Shown in pieces: positions 37,383 to 48,300 of a stretch of 64,000 nt of DNA. Origin of the DNA: an uncultured Gemmatimonadaceae bacterium (GTDB taxonomy: Bacteria > Gemmatimonadota > Gemmatimonadetes > Gemmatimonadales > GWC2-71-9); contig CAZQWQ010000046.1 in the NCBI GenBank assembly GCA_964596925.1, positions 11,037-75,036 of the forward strand. Reading direction: 5' to 3'. The position numbers were made by a program, and so were the translations under genes. The notes under the pieces are model-generated. The model was given only the letters and a program-made list of their open reading frames with translations, did no database searches and was not told where the DNA came from. The first letter of the stretch is position 1. Each line of letters starts with the position of its first letter.

Positions 37383-37694
37383 CCGGCTCCAGCGCAGCTC
37401 CCAGAGTTCAACGGTATGGTGCCGGTCGGTGCGCCGCGAAGGACGCAAAAGTATAGGCGGTCACGGCGCCGGCGTCCGACCTCTCACCGTCTGGGTACCG
37501 ATTCGAATCCGGCCACCAGCACCGCTGCACGGGGGTTAGAGTGAGGGGGGGAACCATAGTAGCGTAGGTTTCGAGGGACCTCTGCGGGCAGGTCTCGCCG
37601 CACGAGAAAGCCGAGGGGCTGACCGCAGGCATGGAGAGAGACCCTTTCTCCAAGCCTCCGAGGCCCGGCGATTCGTAGCGCGGCGTGCCCGAAT

Positions 37695-40604
37695 TCAGCC
37701 CCTCGGCTTGATCAGCGCCCGGAACCGGGGATCGGGCCAAAGCGGTGCCAGGTCCGGGCGAGCATGGCCATCGTTACCCCAGACGCTGTCCCAGATCAGT
37801 CCCCGGGTGAGTCCCTCTGTCAGAACCGCCAGGGCGCTCTCCACGTCGCCCATGCGCACCAGCGCGCTCGCCCGATCGAGCTCCAATCCGCGCAGGCTTC
37901 CCCAGCGATCCAGATGCTGGCGTTCGGCCCGCTGGAGCGCCGTGCGGGCGGCCTCGTGCCGACCCTGAGCGCCTGCCACGCGGGCAAGCAGTAGGCCATG
38001 AACATCCGGGTCGCCAAGCTGCGCCGCGAAGTTCCCTGCCGCGTCTACATCCCCGAGCAGCAGCGCCAACTCGGCCCGCTCGTGCAGCCACTCGTCCTTC
38101 GCTCGCTCGAAAAGTGAACGAGCGTCGAGGCGCTTGAGCGCAAAGTAGTCCAACACCTCCGACTCGCCTGTGAAAACTCCGAGCGCAGCGCGCTGCTGTA
38201 ACCACTCCTGCGGGGATTGGTCGGTCGGTGGCCGACCCGCTAGCAACTCGGCCGCGTACTGAGCCAGCCGCCGGGCAGCCTCGGCGTGTCCGTGAGCCAG
38301 CAGTTCACCCGCAATGGCTCGAGCCAGAAGGCCGCTCTGCCCTGGTACGACGGACAGTTCCGCGCGCACCAGCGAGTCGAGCTCCAGGGTGCGGCCCAGC
38401 GCGGCCAGCGCCCGGAGCTCGAGAAAGCGAAAGTGACTGCTTGAGGGGTTCAGCGCACGGCCGCGCCGCGCCGCCACGAGCTCTCTTTGGTGCTCGCCGA
38501 GTATGTGGTGGCTCCAAGCGACGGGGCTCCAGTATTCTGGCCACTGTCGTATGAGCCCGCGCTCCGGGTGGAGCTCCCCGAGACCCGTCAGCGCTTCGCG
38601 GGGCCGCAGCACGCGGAGCGCCGAGAGAGCGGCCTCGCGCCGAGCATTGATCGAGCCAGGGGCACTCTCCACCATGCGCAACGCCGCCCTGTAGGCGTCC
38701 TGGAAGTCTCTGGCTCGCTGCGCCACTAGGAAGTCGAGCTGTGCTCGATCGAAGGGTCCAAGGCGGTGGCGCACCGGTTGTAGGCCTTCCAGCAGGGAAT
38801 CGACTGCGATCAGGTTCCCTGGACGTGGCCCCAGCCAAGCCTGCACCGCCCACAGCCGGGCGACCAGGAAGCTCGTATCCAGCGCGGCCGCTCGCTCGAA
38901 GCGCCGGGGGGCCTCGGCCTGCCTCCTGATGTATAGCTCCAGCCCTTCCGTGTACTCGCGGTATGCAGCATAGGTGGGGAGGTGCGTGAGCGTGGTCTGG
39001 AAGGCGATAACCTCTTTGTCGTGGAGCGATGCCAGGGCCGCGAGCGCCCGTTGCCGGAGCTGCTCGACCGCCTCGAGCGGTCGGTCCCGTGGCGCCGCGA
39101 CTCCACCAATGCCGAAAAGAATGCTGCCGTCGCCGGTGGACGCGATCTGCGCCTGGAAATGCAACGAGTCGCTCTGGAGAAAGTACGATCCCGCCACCAC
39201 GACACCGGCGCCGGTCGCGCGCCCCACTGCCACCGGCGCGGCCGCGGAGCCAAGGGCATGCGCGGCGGCCAGCGCGCTGCGCGTGTCGAGCACCGTCAGG
39301 AACCCTGCCTCAGTCAGCCCCTGCGCCACCCAGTCCGCCACCATGGCGCCCAAAGCGTCAAGCTCGCGCTCTCCTGAGCGGTTCTCGAACGGCATCACGA
39401 CAACAGGGGAGAGCGCTCCAGCACCCTGCTCGCCGCTGCGGCTCAGAAGAAGCACTACCCCGGACACCGCTACCACCATGCCCACTGCCGCCGCAACGCC
39501 CATGCTCTGGCGCCGCCTGCGGGCAATGAGCCGCCACCGCCACAGGAACCGAATGCCCGGCCCCTTGATCGGTCCAGCGGCAGCCAGCTTGCTGACAAGC
39601 TCTTCCGCGGTCCCGTACCGCCTGGCCGGGTCTTTTTCGAGCAGGGTGAGGATGATCTCCTCCACCGCGGCCGGGATATCCCTGCGGATCTTGGAGGGAG
39701 CGACGGGCTCATCGTGCAGAATCGCGTGCGCCATGCCGACCTCGTGCCCCCCCACGAAAGGCGTCTGTCCGGTGAGCATCTCGTACAGCACCACACCCAA
39801 CGCCCAGAGGTCTGCGCGCCCGTCAACCGTATCCCCGCGAATCTGCTCGGGCGCCATATAGGCCACTGTCCCCAGTATGGCCCCAGAACCCGTCAGGCTC
39901 TGATCCCTCGCCTTCGCCAGCCCGAAGTCCAGGATCTTCACCGTCCCGTCCGGCAACAACATCGCGTTGCCAGGCTTCAGGTCCCGGTGTACGATCCCCG
40001 CCGCGTGCGCGCAGGCAAGCCCCTTCGCGATCTGCCGCGCGATCCCAAGCGCGTCGCCCAGGGGCAGCAGCCCCTCCCGCGCGAGGCGGGCGTTGAGAGT
40101 CTCCCCAGGATAAAGCGCCATCGCCAGGAACAGCCGTCCGTCCTCGCTCTCGCCGACCTCGTAAATAGTGCAGAGATTCGGGTGATCGAGCGCCGCAGCC
40201 GAACGGGCTTCCCGAAGGAACCGCGCCTTGGCTGTCGCATCTGGGCTTAGTTGGGGCAGCAGGAATTTCAGTGCGACGGCCCGGCCCAGGCGGGTGTCCT
40301 CGGCGCGGTAGACCACGCCCATGCCCCCCGCGCCAATCGGCTCGAGCACGCGGAAGTGCGAGACCGTGCGCCCGGCCAGGCTCAGGGGATCGGGCGCGGG
40401 CGTGTCGGGGGAAAGGAACGCGGCTTCGAGCGGGGCGAGCCGCCGATCAGCCTCGGCATCGGCAGCTAACAGGTCCTCGACGGTCTGGCGCAGCACGGGG
40501 TCGGTGGCGTCGAGGGCCGCAAGGCGGAGCACCCGTTCCTCCGCGTCCAGCCCGACAAGCGCGTCGAAGGTAGCCTGGATCTCTTCCCAGCGGCGGGGAT
40601 CCAT
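37695..40604 (-). CDS. Hanks-type Ser/Thr protein kinase with TM and extracytoplasmic TolB-N-like/TPR region (969 aa)
   Basis: IGAGGMGVVY, VALK, HRDLKPGN, DFG, YMAPEQ; TM; VVVMPFENRSG. Confidence 0.93.
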   Translation of the reverse strand: MDPRRWEEIQATFDALVGLDAEERVLRLAALDATDPVLRQTVEDLLAADAEADRRLAPLEAAFLSPDTPAPDPLSLAGRTVSHFRVLEPIGAGGMGVVYRAEDTRLGRAVALKFLLPQLSPDATAKARFLREARSAAALDHPNLCTIYEVGESEDGRLFLAMALYPGETLNARLAREGLLPLGDALGIARQIAKGLACAHAAGIVHRDLKPGNAMLLPDGTVKILDFGLAKARDQSLTGSGAILGTVAYMAPEQIRGDTVDGRADLWALGVVLYEMLTGQTPFVGGHEVGMAHAILHDEPVAPSKIRRDIPAAVEEIILTLLEKDPARRYGTAEELVSKLAAAGPIKGPGIRFLWRWRLIARRRRQSMGVAAAVGMVVAVSGVVLLLSRSGEQGAGALSPVVVMPFENRSGERELDALGAMVADWVAQGLTEAGFLTVLDTRSALAAAHALGSAAAPVAVGRATGAGVVVAGSYFLQSDSLHFQAQIASTGDGSILFGIGGVAAPRDRPLEAVEQLRQRALAALASLHDKEVIAFQTTLTHLPTYAAYREYTEGLELYIRRQAEAPRRFERAAALDTSFLVARLWAVQAWLGPRPGNLIAVDSLLEGLQPVRHRLGPFDRAQLDFLVAQRARDFQDAYRAALRMVESAPGSINARREAALSALRVLRPREALTGLGELHPERGLIRQWPEYWSPVAWSHHILGEHQRELVAARRGRALNPSSSHFRFLELRALAALGRTLELDSLVRAELSVVPGQSGLLARAIAGELLAHGHAEAARRLAQYAAELLAGRPPTDQSPQEWLQQRAALGVFTGESEVLDYFALKRLDARSLFERAKDEWLHERAELALLLGDVDAAGNFAAQLGDPDVHGLLLARVAGAQGRHEAARTALQRAERQHLDRWGSLRGLELDRASALVRMGDVESALAVLTEGLTRGLIWDSVWGNDGHARPDLAPLWPDPRFRALIKPRG

Positions 40605-40612
40605 TACGCGAC

Positions 40613-41188
40613 TCAGTGCAGCCGTTCGCCCTTGAGCTCGAGCGCGAGCCAGGCTCGCGCTGAGCGCAACTCGCGCTTCGCCGTGGCGAGCGAGACCCCC
40701 AGTGCGGCGGCGGTCTCCTCCAGCGATAAGCCCCCGAAGTAACGATGCTGCAGCAGCTGACTTTGTCGTGCGCTAAGGGCCTCAAGCCGCGTGAGGGCTT
40801 CATCCAGCTCCGTGACCGTATCCAGATCCACGTCCGAAATCCAGAGCGCCTCTTGGAGCTCTAGGGGCGCCTTGCCTCCGCCCCGCTTCGCCGCCATTCG
40901 GGCGCGGGCACGGTCAACCAGCAGGTTGCGCATGATCTGAGCCGCCAGCGCCAGAAAGTGCGCCCGATCCGGAAGGTCCACCCGGGGCGCGTCCACCAGC
41001 CGCAAGTAGGCTTCGTGAACCACTTCGCTCGTGCTCAGCGAGTGCTCGCCAGGCGCTTTACGCAACCGTTGGTGCGCCAACTGGCGGAGTCGGTCGTAAA
41101 CCAGTGGAATGAGCTGATCGCGGGCGTGCACGTCTCCCGCGGTCCAGCGCTTCAGAAGGCGGGTGACTTCCGAGGGTGCAGACGACAT
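40613..41188 (-). CDS. ECF sigma factor, kinase-associated (ECF43-like; 191 aa)
   Basis: EVTRLL, LIPLVYDRLRQLA, LSTSEVVHEAYLRL, YFGGLSLEETA; 8 bp upstream of the kinase; start moved to ATG 41188. Confidence 0.9.
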   Translation of the reverse strand: MSSAPSEVTRLLKRWTAGDVHARDQLIPLVYDRLRQLAHQRLRKAPGEHSLSTSEVVHEAYLRLVDAPRVDLPDRAHFLALAAQIMRNLLVDRARARMAAKRGGGKAPLELQEALWISDVDLDTVTELDEALTRLEALSARQSQLLQHRYFGGLSLEETAAALGVSLATAKRELRSARAWLALELKGERLH

Positions 41189-41393
41189 AGCCACCTGCGC
41201 TGGCGGCACACGGGGCCAGCGGAACGGGATGATCGACTCCCAGAGATAGGCGTCCCTCGCGACGCTTGCAAGGCTGAGCCTGGCGCGCGTCTGCCTCCCC
41301 GCCTGAGCCGTTTCGCCGTTCGATTCCGTTTTAGAAGGGTGAGAAGGAAGGAGAGCGAGGCTCAGGCTCGCGATTCTCACACCAGGAGGCATC

Positions 41394-41909
41394 ATGTCAA
41401 TGTCCCTTTCTCGCGCGCTCCTATCGCGCGCCTCTGGAGTTCTGCTGTTGGGGCTCACGCTCCCGGCCCTGTCCGCATGCCACCACAGGCCGTCCGTCGC
41501 TGCGGAGCCCTCACCTGCGGAGAAGGTCAAGGTCGGGTATGGCGAACAATCCAGGGAGCAGACGGGCGGAGCGGTGCAGTCCGCCACCGCCGAGGAGTTG
41601 AGCAATGTGAAGGCGACCCAGGTCGAAGGGCTATTGGAGGGTCGCTTCCCGGGCGTACACGTGATCCGAACACCCGGCGGGGGCTTTTCGATCCGCATCC
41701 GGGGTGTCAGCACATTCCTCGGTGAGACGGAGCCGCTGTACGTCGTCGATGGGATGCCCGTGAATGTTGAGCCGGGACGGGGTCTGGACTGGCTCAGCCC
41801 GGCGGAGATCGCGCGCATCGACGTGCTGAAGGACGCCGCCGAAACGGCCATGTATGGGGTGCGCGGCGCCAACGGAGTAATCCTCATCACCACAAAGCGA
41901 CCTCGCTGA
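41394..41909 (+). CDS. TonB-dependent receptor plug-domain-only lipoprotein
   Basis: Lipobox LSAC; IRIRG, EPLYVVDG, IDVLKDA, YGVRGANGVILITTKR, then stop; no barrel. Confidence 0.85.
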   Translation: MSMSLSRALLSRASGVLLLGLTLPALSACHHRPSVAAEPSPAEKVKVGYGEQSREQTGGAVQSATAEELSNVKATQVEGLLEGRFPGVHVIRTPGGGFSIRIRGVSTFLGETEPLYVVDGMPVNVEPGRGLDWLSPAEIARIDVLKDAAETAMYGVRGANGVILITTKRPR

Positions 41910-41924
41910 CGCCTGCTGGGTGGG

Positions 41925-44900
41925 CTATCTCTTCGAGCTGTTGCGGGGCGGCCGGTAACGCAGCGGGCGGAGCAGCTGGAGCTCATCGTCGTTGCGCGCA
42001 ACAACTATCAAGCGGTCGCCCCCCGCCCGCCGCAGCAGCGCCATGTGCCGCACCTGGCCCTCGATCAGGAGATTCGAGGACTCGAGATCGACCGCCTCGA
42101 ACTGACCTGCCCCGTCGCCGCGCAGCAGCAGCCCATAACTCGCATCGTAGCGCCCCTGCACGGGCGTCACGCCATTAAAGTTCCCCGCGGCCAAGAGATC
42201 AGTGTGCCCGTCGCCGTCGAAGTCAGCCGCCAGCGTTGCGTAGATGGGGGCGAACTGCGCCTCGATGGGAAGCGGCTGGAAGTCGAAGCGGCCGTTCCCA
42301 CGATTGAGCGCAACGGCGTTCGAGAACTCGCGCGCCTCGAGGACGGTTGCTTGCCCCAGTTCCCCTGCCGGGAAGATGTCCTCGATGCGGCTGGCGCCGA
42401 ACGAGGCATACGAGGGGTACCGGCTGCGAAGCTGCGGCATCATGCGGACCAGCTCGTCCCGTCCCGCAAGCGGATACCGCACGCCGCCTTTGTAGAACGT
42501 GAGGATCTGCTCGAGCGCGCCGTTCTCGAAGAAGTCGCGGACGAACAGCTGGGCGGGCTCCTTTCGGGATGCCCGGATGTAGGAGTTGCGGCCGAGATTC
42601 CCCAGCACGAGGTCCTGGCGACCGTCCCCGTTGAGGTCGACGGCGGTCACGCGGTTCCACCAGCCGTTCGTGCCCGACAACCCGGCCTCCGTGGTCCGAT
42701 CCACGAACACGCCACTCTCCTGGCGAAACACTCGGACCGGCAACCACTCACCAACGACGATCAAGTCGAGCTGGCCGTCGTGGTCGTAATCGAGCCAGGT
42801 GGCCGAAGAGACCATCCCCGCCTCGACGAGCGCCGGGGCCAAGGCGGCGGTCACGTTACGGAAGTGTCCCGTGCCGTCGTTTTGCAGCAGGTGGCTGCGC
42901 GGGCTGAGACCGTACTGCCGGGAGACGACTCGGCCGCCGAGGAAGAGATCGACGTGGCCGTCGCCGTTGAAGTCGCCGGGCACGACGCAGGAGCCGTTGT
43001 CGAAGAGATCCGGGAGGGCGCCCTCGGACCGATGGAAGTTCCCCTGTCCGTCGTTGATGTACAGCCGGTCGCGGAGTGCCTCAGCGTCGCCCCAGAATTC
43101 ATTGCCGGCGCTCACGACATAGAGATCGGGATGCCCATCCCCATTCGCGTCGAAGAACGCCGCGTCCACGTCTTCGGGCAGACTGTCCGCTCGCAACACC
43201 GGTTGCCTGCTCGTGCGGAACCCACCGTCACGCCGCTGGATCAGGAGCGCTCCGGCCTGCCACTTCGCCCCTCCGACGTAGAAGTCGTCCAGCCCGTCGC
43301 CGTTGACGTCGCCGACGGCGAGGGCCGGTCCCTCGGTCGACAGCAGGTGCGGCATAAACGGCTCGCGGTCGTAGTCGAAGAACGTGTTTTCTTCGTGCTT
43401 GAAATCGATGGCGAGCTGGGTCGTCACATCCGAGAACAGCGGCTGCGCCGCCGACCGCTGCTGGTAGGCATACCGGCCGGCGGCGTCCCGCTGGGTCAGC
43501 GTGATCGTCCGGTCGGCCGGCACGTTCGTCAGGACTTGATAGCGACGATCGGGCCAGACGACGGTCAGTGAATCGATGCGCGCCGAGCCACCCAGCCCGA
43601 AATGCAGGCGGGCGTCGACGGAAGACTGGAAGCCGCGGGTGGGCATCTGTTCCAACAGCTGCCGCGTCCCCTGCTGGCTGATCATGACCTTGGCGCCGAT
43701 CCCGGCCGTATTCGCCCCGGCGCCCACGAGTTGCACGTGCAGATAGTGGTTGCCGTTGATCTCGCGGGCGCGGTTGCGGTAGATCGTCGCGGGCGCGTTC
43801 AGGTTGTTCATGACCAGATCCAGCGCCCCGTCGTTGTTCAAGTCGACGTAGACGGCGCCACTTGAGAACCCCGGCTGCGCGAGTCCCCAGGCTTGGGCCT
43901 CGTTCGTGAACGTCAGGTCTCCGTTGTTGTGATACGCATAGTTGGACAGGGGGATCTGGGGCATTTTCTGCAGCAACGTGAGGTTCTCCAGAGTGATGCC
44001 TCTCGCCAGTGACGCCTGGACCGCCTCGTTGCCCACGTAGTTGATGTAGTCCAGGTCGTTCGGGCGGCGATAGATCCCGTTGGTGATGAAGAGGTCCTTC
44101 CGGCCGTCGTTGTCCAAGTCCGCGAACAGCGGGGCCCAGCTCCAGTCGGTGGCCGAGACGCCAGCCAAATACCCGATCTCGCTAAACCGTGTCGTCCCTC
44201 CCACGGGGCCGCGGTTGAGTTGCAGGGTGTTGCGGGTGTATTGCGGATGATAGCCGGCCTTGAGCCGCAGATTGAAGACGTTGAAGCCCTCGGCATTGGC
44301 CGACGTCTTCAAGATCTCCTCCCGCTCCGGCAGCATGTCGAGGACCATCAGGTCCGGCCGGCCGTCGTTGTTGAAGTCGGCGGCGTCGACGCCCATCGAG
44401 AACCGGCTGGTGTGCCCCGTGGCCGTGGCGATCGACTCGGTGAACGTGCCGTCGCAGTCGTTGACGTAGAGGAAGTCGTTCTCCTGAAAGTCGTTGGCGA
44501 TGTAGAGGTCGGGGCAGCCATCGAGGTTCAGGTCGCTTGCGACGACGCCGAGCCCGTACCCTTCCACGCCACCGTAGATGCCGGCTTGCTCACTGACGTC
44601 CACGAAGTGGCCGCCGTCGTTCCGAAAGAGTCGGTCTCCCGCCTTCGCGTTGCGCTCCGTGCGGCTCGTGCTCGGGCTGATCGCGCGCTCAGTGTGGGTC
44701 GAGTTGTTCAGGAGGTACATGTCCAGGTCGCCGTCTCCGTCGTAGTCGAAGAACGCGGCCTGCGTGGAATAGCCGACATGCTCGAGCCCGTATGCCTGCG
44801 TCTGGTCGGTAAAGGATCCGTCACCGTTGTTGATGTAGAGGACATTGTGTCCGCGCAGATGGAGGTAGCTGATGGCGGAGACATAGATGTCGAGGCGGCC

Positions 44901-45287
44901 ATCGCCATTGACGTCGGCCATCGCGACGCCGGTGGTCCAACCGGGAGGGCCTGCTACGCCGGCGCGCTCGGTGATGTCCTCGAACCGGAACTGCCCCTTG
45001 TTGCGATACAGCTTGTCTGGCCCCAAGTTCGACGTGAAGTACAGGTCCGACAACCCGTCGCCATCGATATCGCCCGCGGCGACGCCACCGCCGTTGTAGT
45101 AGTACAGGAAATTCAGGATGTTGAACGAGGTATCTTCCGGCAGCGCGTTGACGAACGCCACGCCGCTGGCTTCAGGGGTGACGAGATCAAAGAGCGGGGG
45201 ACCCGCGCCAGTGCGTTCACAGCTCGCGCATGACACCGCGCTGGTGAGAAGGACCAATCCCGACAGATGACGATACAAACCGGGCAT
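41925..45287 (-). CDS. FG-GAP/VCBS repeat ASPIC-UnbV (CRTAC1-like) lipoprotein (1120 aa)
   Basis: Lipobox AVSC; many DxDxDG repeats; central RGFQSSVDARLHFGLG; second propeller. Confidence 0.9.
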   Translation of the reverse strand: MPGLYRHLSGLVLLTSAVSCASCERTGAGPPLFDLVTPEASGVAFVNALPEDTSFNILNFLYYYNGGGVAAGDIDGDGLSDLYFTSNLGPDKLYRNKGQFRFEDITERAGVAGPPGWTTGVAMADVNGDGRLDIYVSAISYLHLRGHNVLYINNGDGSFTDQTQAYGLEHVGYSTQAAFFDYDGDGDLDMYLLNNSTHTERAISPSTSRTERNAKAGDRLFRNDGGHFVDVSEQAGIYGGVEGYGLGVVASDLNLDGCPDLYIANDFQENDFLYVNDCDGTFTESIATATGHTSRFSMGVDAADFNNDGRPDLMVLDMLPEREEILKTSANAEGFNVFNLRLKAGYHPQYTRNTLQLNRGPVGGTTRFSEIGYLAGVSATDWSWAPLFADLDNDGRKDLFITNGIYRRPNDLDYINYVGNEAVQASLARGITLENLTLLQKMPQIPLSNYAYHNNGDLTFTNEAQAWGLAQPGFSSGAVYVDLNNDGALDLVMNNLNAPATIYRNRAREINGNHYLHVQLVGAGANTAGIGAKVMISQQGTRQLLEQMPTRGFQSSVDARLHFGLGGSARIDSLTVVWPDRRYQVLTNVPADRTITLTQRDAAGRYAYQQRSAAQPLFSDVTTQLAIDFKHEENTFFDYDREPFMPHLLSTEGPALAVGDVNGDGLDDFYVGGAKWQAGALLIQRRDGGFRTSRQPVLRADSLPEDVDAAFFDANGDGHPDLYVVSAGNEFWGDAEALRDRLYINDGQGNFHRSEGALPDLFDNGSCVVPGDFNGDGHVDLFLGGRVVSRQYGLSPRSHLLQNDGTGHFRNVTAALAPALVEAGMVSSATWLDYDHDGQLDLIVVGEWLPVRVFRQESGVFVDRTTEAGLSGTNGWWNRVTAVDLNGDGRQDLVLGNLGRNSYIRASRKEPAQLFVRDFFENGALEQILTFYKGGVRYPLAGRDELVRMMPQLRSRYPSYASFGASRIEDIFPAGELGQATVLEAREFSNAVALNRGNGRFDFQPLPIEAQFAPIYATLAADFDGDGHTDLLAAGNFNGVTPVQGRYDASYGLLLRGDGAGQFEAVDLESSNLLIEGQVRHMALLRRAGGDRLIVVARNDDELQLLRPLRYRPPRNSSKR

Positions 45288-45370
45288 CGAGACTGACCAC
45301 CATTTCCGCAGGAGGCGCCAGCGTGGGCAGACTCACCACGAACAACACGACGGCGCACATCACGAAGGCA

Positions 45371-48300
45371 GTGAAAGCGAAGTGGGCGCAGTATAGTGCA
45401 TCGCCGGCCCTGCGGCAAAGGGCGCTCGCCATCTCGCTTGGCGCGACGCTGGTCTTCGCTGCGTATGGCTGCCGGTCGAAGCCGGTCGACCAACAGGAAC
45501 TCCTCACGGCTCATTACCTCGGGCTCACCGACCTCGAGCGGGGCCGGTTGCCGGAAGCGGAAGTGCAATTCAAGAGGGTCGTGACACTCGCACCGAGAGA
45601 TCCGCTCGGATACGCGAACCTCGGCCTCACCTATTTGCGCGGCGGCCGTTATGCGGACGCCGAGGCCCAGGTGCGTCGCGCTCGGCGACTGAATCCGGCG
45701 AGTCCCGAAATCGGGCTCATCGCCGCCAAGCTCTATGCGCTCACGGGGCGATTGGCCCAAGCGCGCGAGACGCTCGAGGAGCTTCGGCACGACGCGAAGG
45801 TGCTGTACGCGCTCGCCGAGCTAGAGGCGGCGCAGCAGGCGGACAGCGCCGCCGTCCGCCGCCACGAGGATCGGTTGCGGGAGGTTCTCGGCCTGGCGCC
45901 GGCCAATCTCGCCGTCCGGCTCAAGCTGGTGGGTGTGCTCGTGCGCCGTGGTGAGGCCGACAGCGCGGTCCAGCACCTCGAAGAGGTGCGTCGTATTCGT
46001 CCAGAGCCGCCGCAAGAAGCAAGGCCGCATCTCGACGCAGCCCTCCGACACCTGCGGGCCGGCAGGCTCGCGCTGGCGCAGATTCCGCTCGATCGCTTCC
46101 TGCACCTCATGGAGCTTACCGCGCCGTATCAGGCGTCGCTGCATGACGTACAATGGATCGAGGGACCACTCGTTGGACGACCAGTGCTGGCGTTCAACCC
46201 GCAGACGGTGATCACCATGCGTGGGCTCATTCCCCTGAGCCGGACGTCCGACGTGCGCTTCACGGACGTGACGGGTGAGGCCGGTCTGTCCGACGGTGGA
46301 ACAGTGCCCACGGCGCTCGCCGTGGGCGATCACGACGGCGACGGCGCGGACGACCTGTTCGTCTCGGTCTCGTCACGCGATCCACCCCGGTCCGAAGGTC
46401 GTCTGTACAGGGTGCGCGGCGGCTTTGTCGCGGATGTCACGGCGGGAACGGGTCTCTCGCTGCCGACCGGCGCCGCATACGCGACGTTCGCCGACTTCGA
46501 CAACGATGGCTGGCTCGATCTATTTGCCATCGGCGGCGATGGCCGGGGTTACCTGCTGCGCAACGATGGGAGCGGCAAATTCGACGACGTCACGGCCACC
46601 GCCGGAGTCGCCGACGTCGGGGGTGCCCGAAAGGCGTTGCTCGTCGATCTCGACCATGACGGCGACCTCGATTTGCTGCTCGTCGGCGGAGCGACGAATC
46701 GTTTTTACCGGAACAACCTCGACGGCACCTTCACGGAGGGCGCGGGCGCCGTGGGTCTTCAGGGCGCCTCTCCAGGTTGGGATGCGGCGACCGGCGATCT
46801 CGATGGCGACGGGCGCATCGACGTGTTCGTGACCAGCCCGGATGGCGCCGACGCACTCTACCAAAACACCGGATTTCGAGGATTTCGGGACGTGACCGCG
46901 GCGAGCGGACTCGCCGCCAGTCGGGCTTCCAGCGCGGTCGCCGTCGGCGATTACGACAACGACGGCGTGTTGGACATCTTCGTGCTGCGCACGGATGACG
47001 GCGAGGCCATGCTCTGGCACAACGCGGGGAACGGCACGTTCTCGAGCGATCGACGGTCTGTCGATGCCTTCCGTCGACTGCGCGGCGTCGGAGAAAGCGC
47101 TGAGTTCGTGGACTACGACAACGACGGCTGGCTCGATCTCTTCGTCGCGGGGCAGCGCGGCGTGCTGCTGTTTCGCAACAATCGTACCGGTCGATACGAA
47201 GACCGCACCGCCCTGCTCCCAACGACGCTGGTCGCGGGTGGCGCAGCCACCGCGATCACCGTCAGCGACGTAGACGGCGACGGCGACCAGGATCTGTTCG
47301 TGGCCGACTCCGCCGGTGTCCATTTGCTCCGCAACGACGGAGGCAATGCCAACTTGGCCATGCAGGTGCAACTCTTCGCCCTCCGTACGGGCAGCGGCAA
47401 GAACAACAATTTCGGCATCGGTGCGACGATCGAGATGCGCGCGGGGGAGATCTACCAGACGCGCGTCGCCACCGGACGTGTCACGCACTTCGGCTTGGGG
47501 CCGCACCTCAAGGCCGACGTGCTGCGCGTGCAATGGCCCAATGGCGTTCCGCAGACCACTTACTTCCCGGGAACCGACCAGGACGTCCTCGAGCTCGAAC
47601 AGCTCAAAGGATCGTGCGCGTTCCTCTATACATGGGATGGGAAGCGATACCGGTTCGTGACCGACGTGATGTGGCGCAGCGCGTTGGGCATGCCGCTCGG
47701 CATCATGGGTGGCAGCCGTAGTGCCACGTACGCCCCGGCTGGGGCGTCGCAGGAGTATTTACGGATCCCCGGCGACGCGCTCCAACCGCGACATGGCCGC
47801 TACAGCCTCCAGGTCACGGAGGAATTGTGGGAGACTGCGTATCTGGATGAGATCAGACTCCTCGCTGTGGATCACCCCGACAGCGTCGAGATTTTCGTGG
47901 ACGAGCGTTTCGTCCCTCCGGGTCCGGTTCGGCTGCGGCTGTTCCAGGCGGTGCGTCCTCGACCTCCCGTCTCGGCTATCGACGATCGTGGTGAGGATGT
48001 GCTGGCAGCGCTGCGCGAGAGGGATGATGTGTACGTGTCGAACCTCACGCCGACCCACTACCAGGGGTTGGTCGAACCGCACGACCTCGTCCTCGATCTA
48101 GGCGAGGACGCGGGTCGCGCTGGTACCTTTCTTTTCCTTCGCGGCTGGATCTATCCGACCGACGCGAGCATCAACGTCGCGGTGTCACAGCAGACACGCG
48201 TGAGAACGCAGATGCCATCGCTCGAGGTCCGCGACGCACAGGGGCGATGGACGACCGCGATCCCCAGCATCGGCTTCCCGTCCGGGAAGGACAAGACGAT

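Noticed and set aside
37498-37518. tRNA-like 3' end (TTCGAAT...ACCA), considered as tRNA-Sec or an integration scar
   Set aside because: No 5-bp T-stem, spacing to ACCA too short for T-stem plus acceptor, and no cloverleaf upstream.
40613-42004. Apparent 463-aa ECF sigma with long N-terminal extension
   Set aside because: The extension is the antisense of the plug gene plus intergenic DNA; ECF homology starts at 41188.
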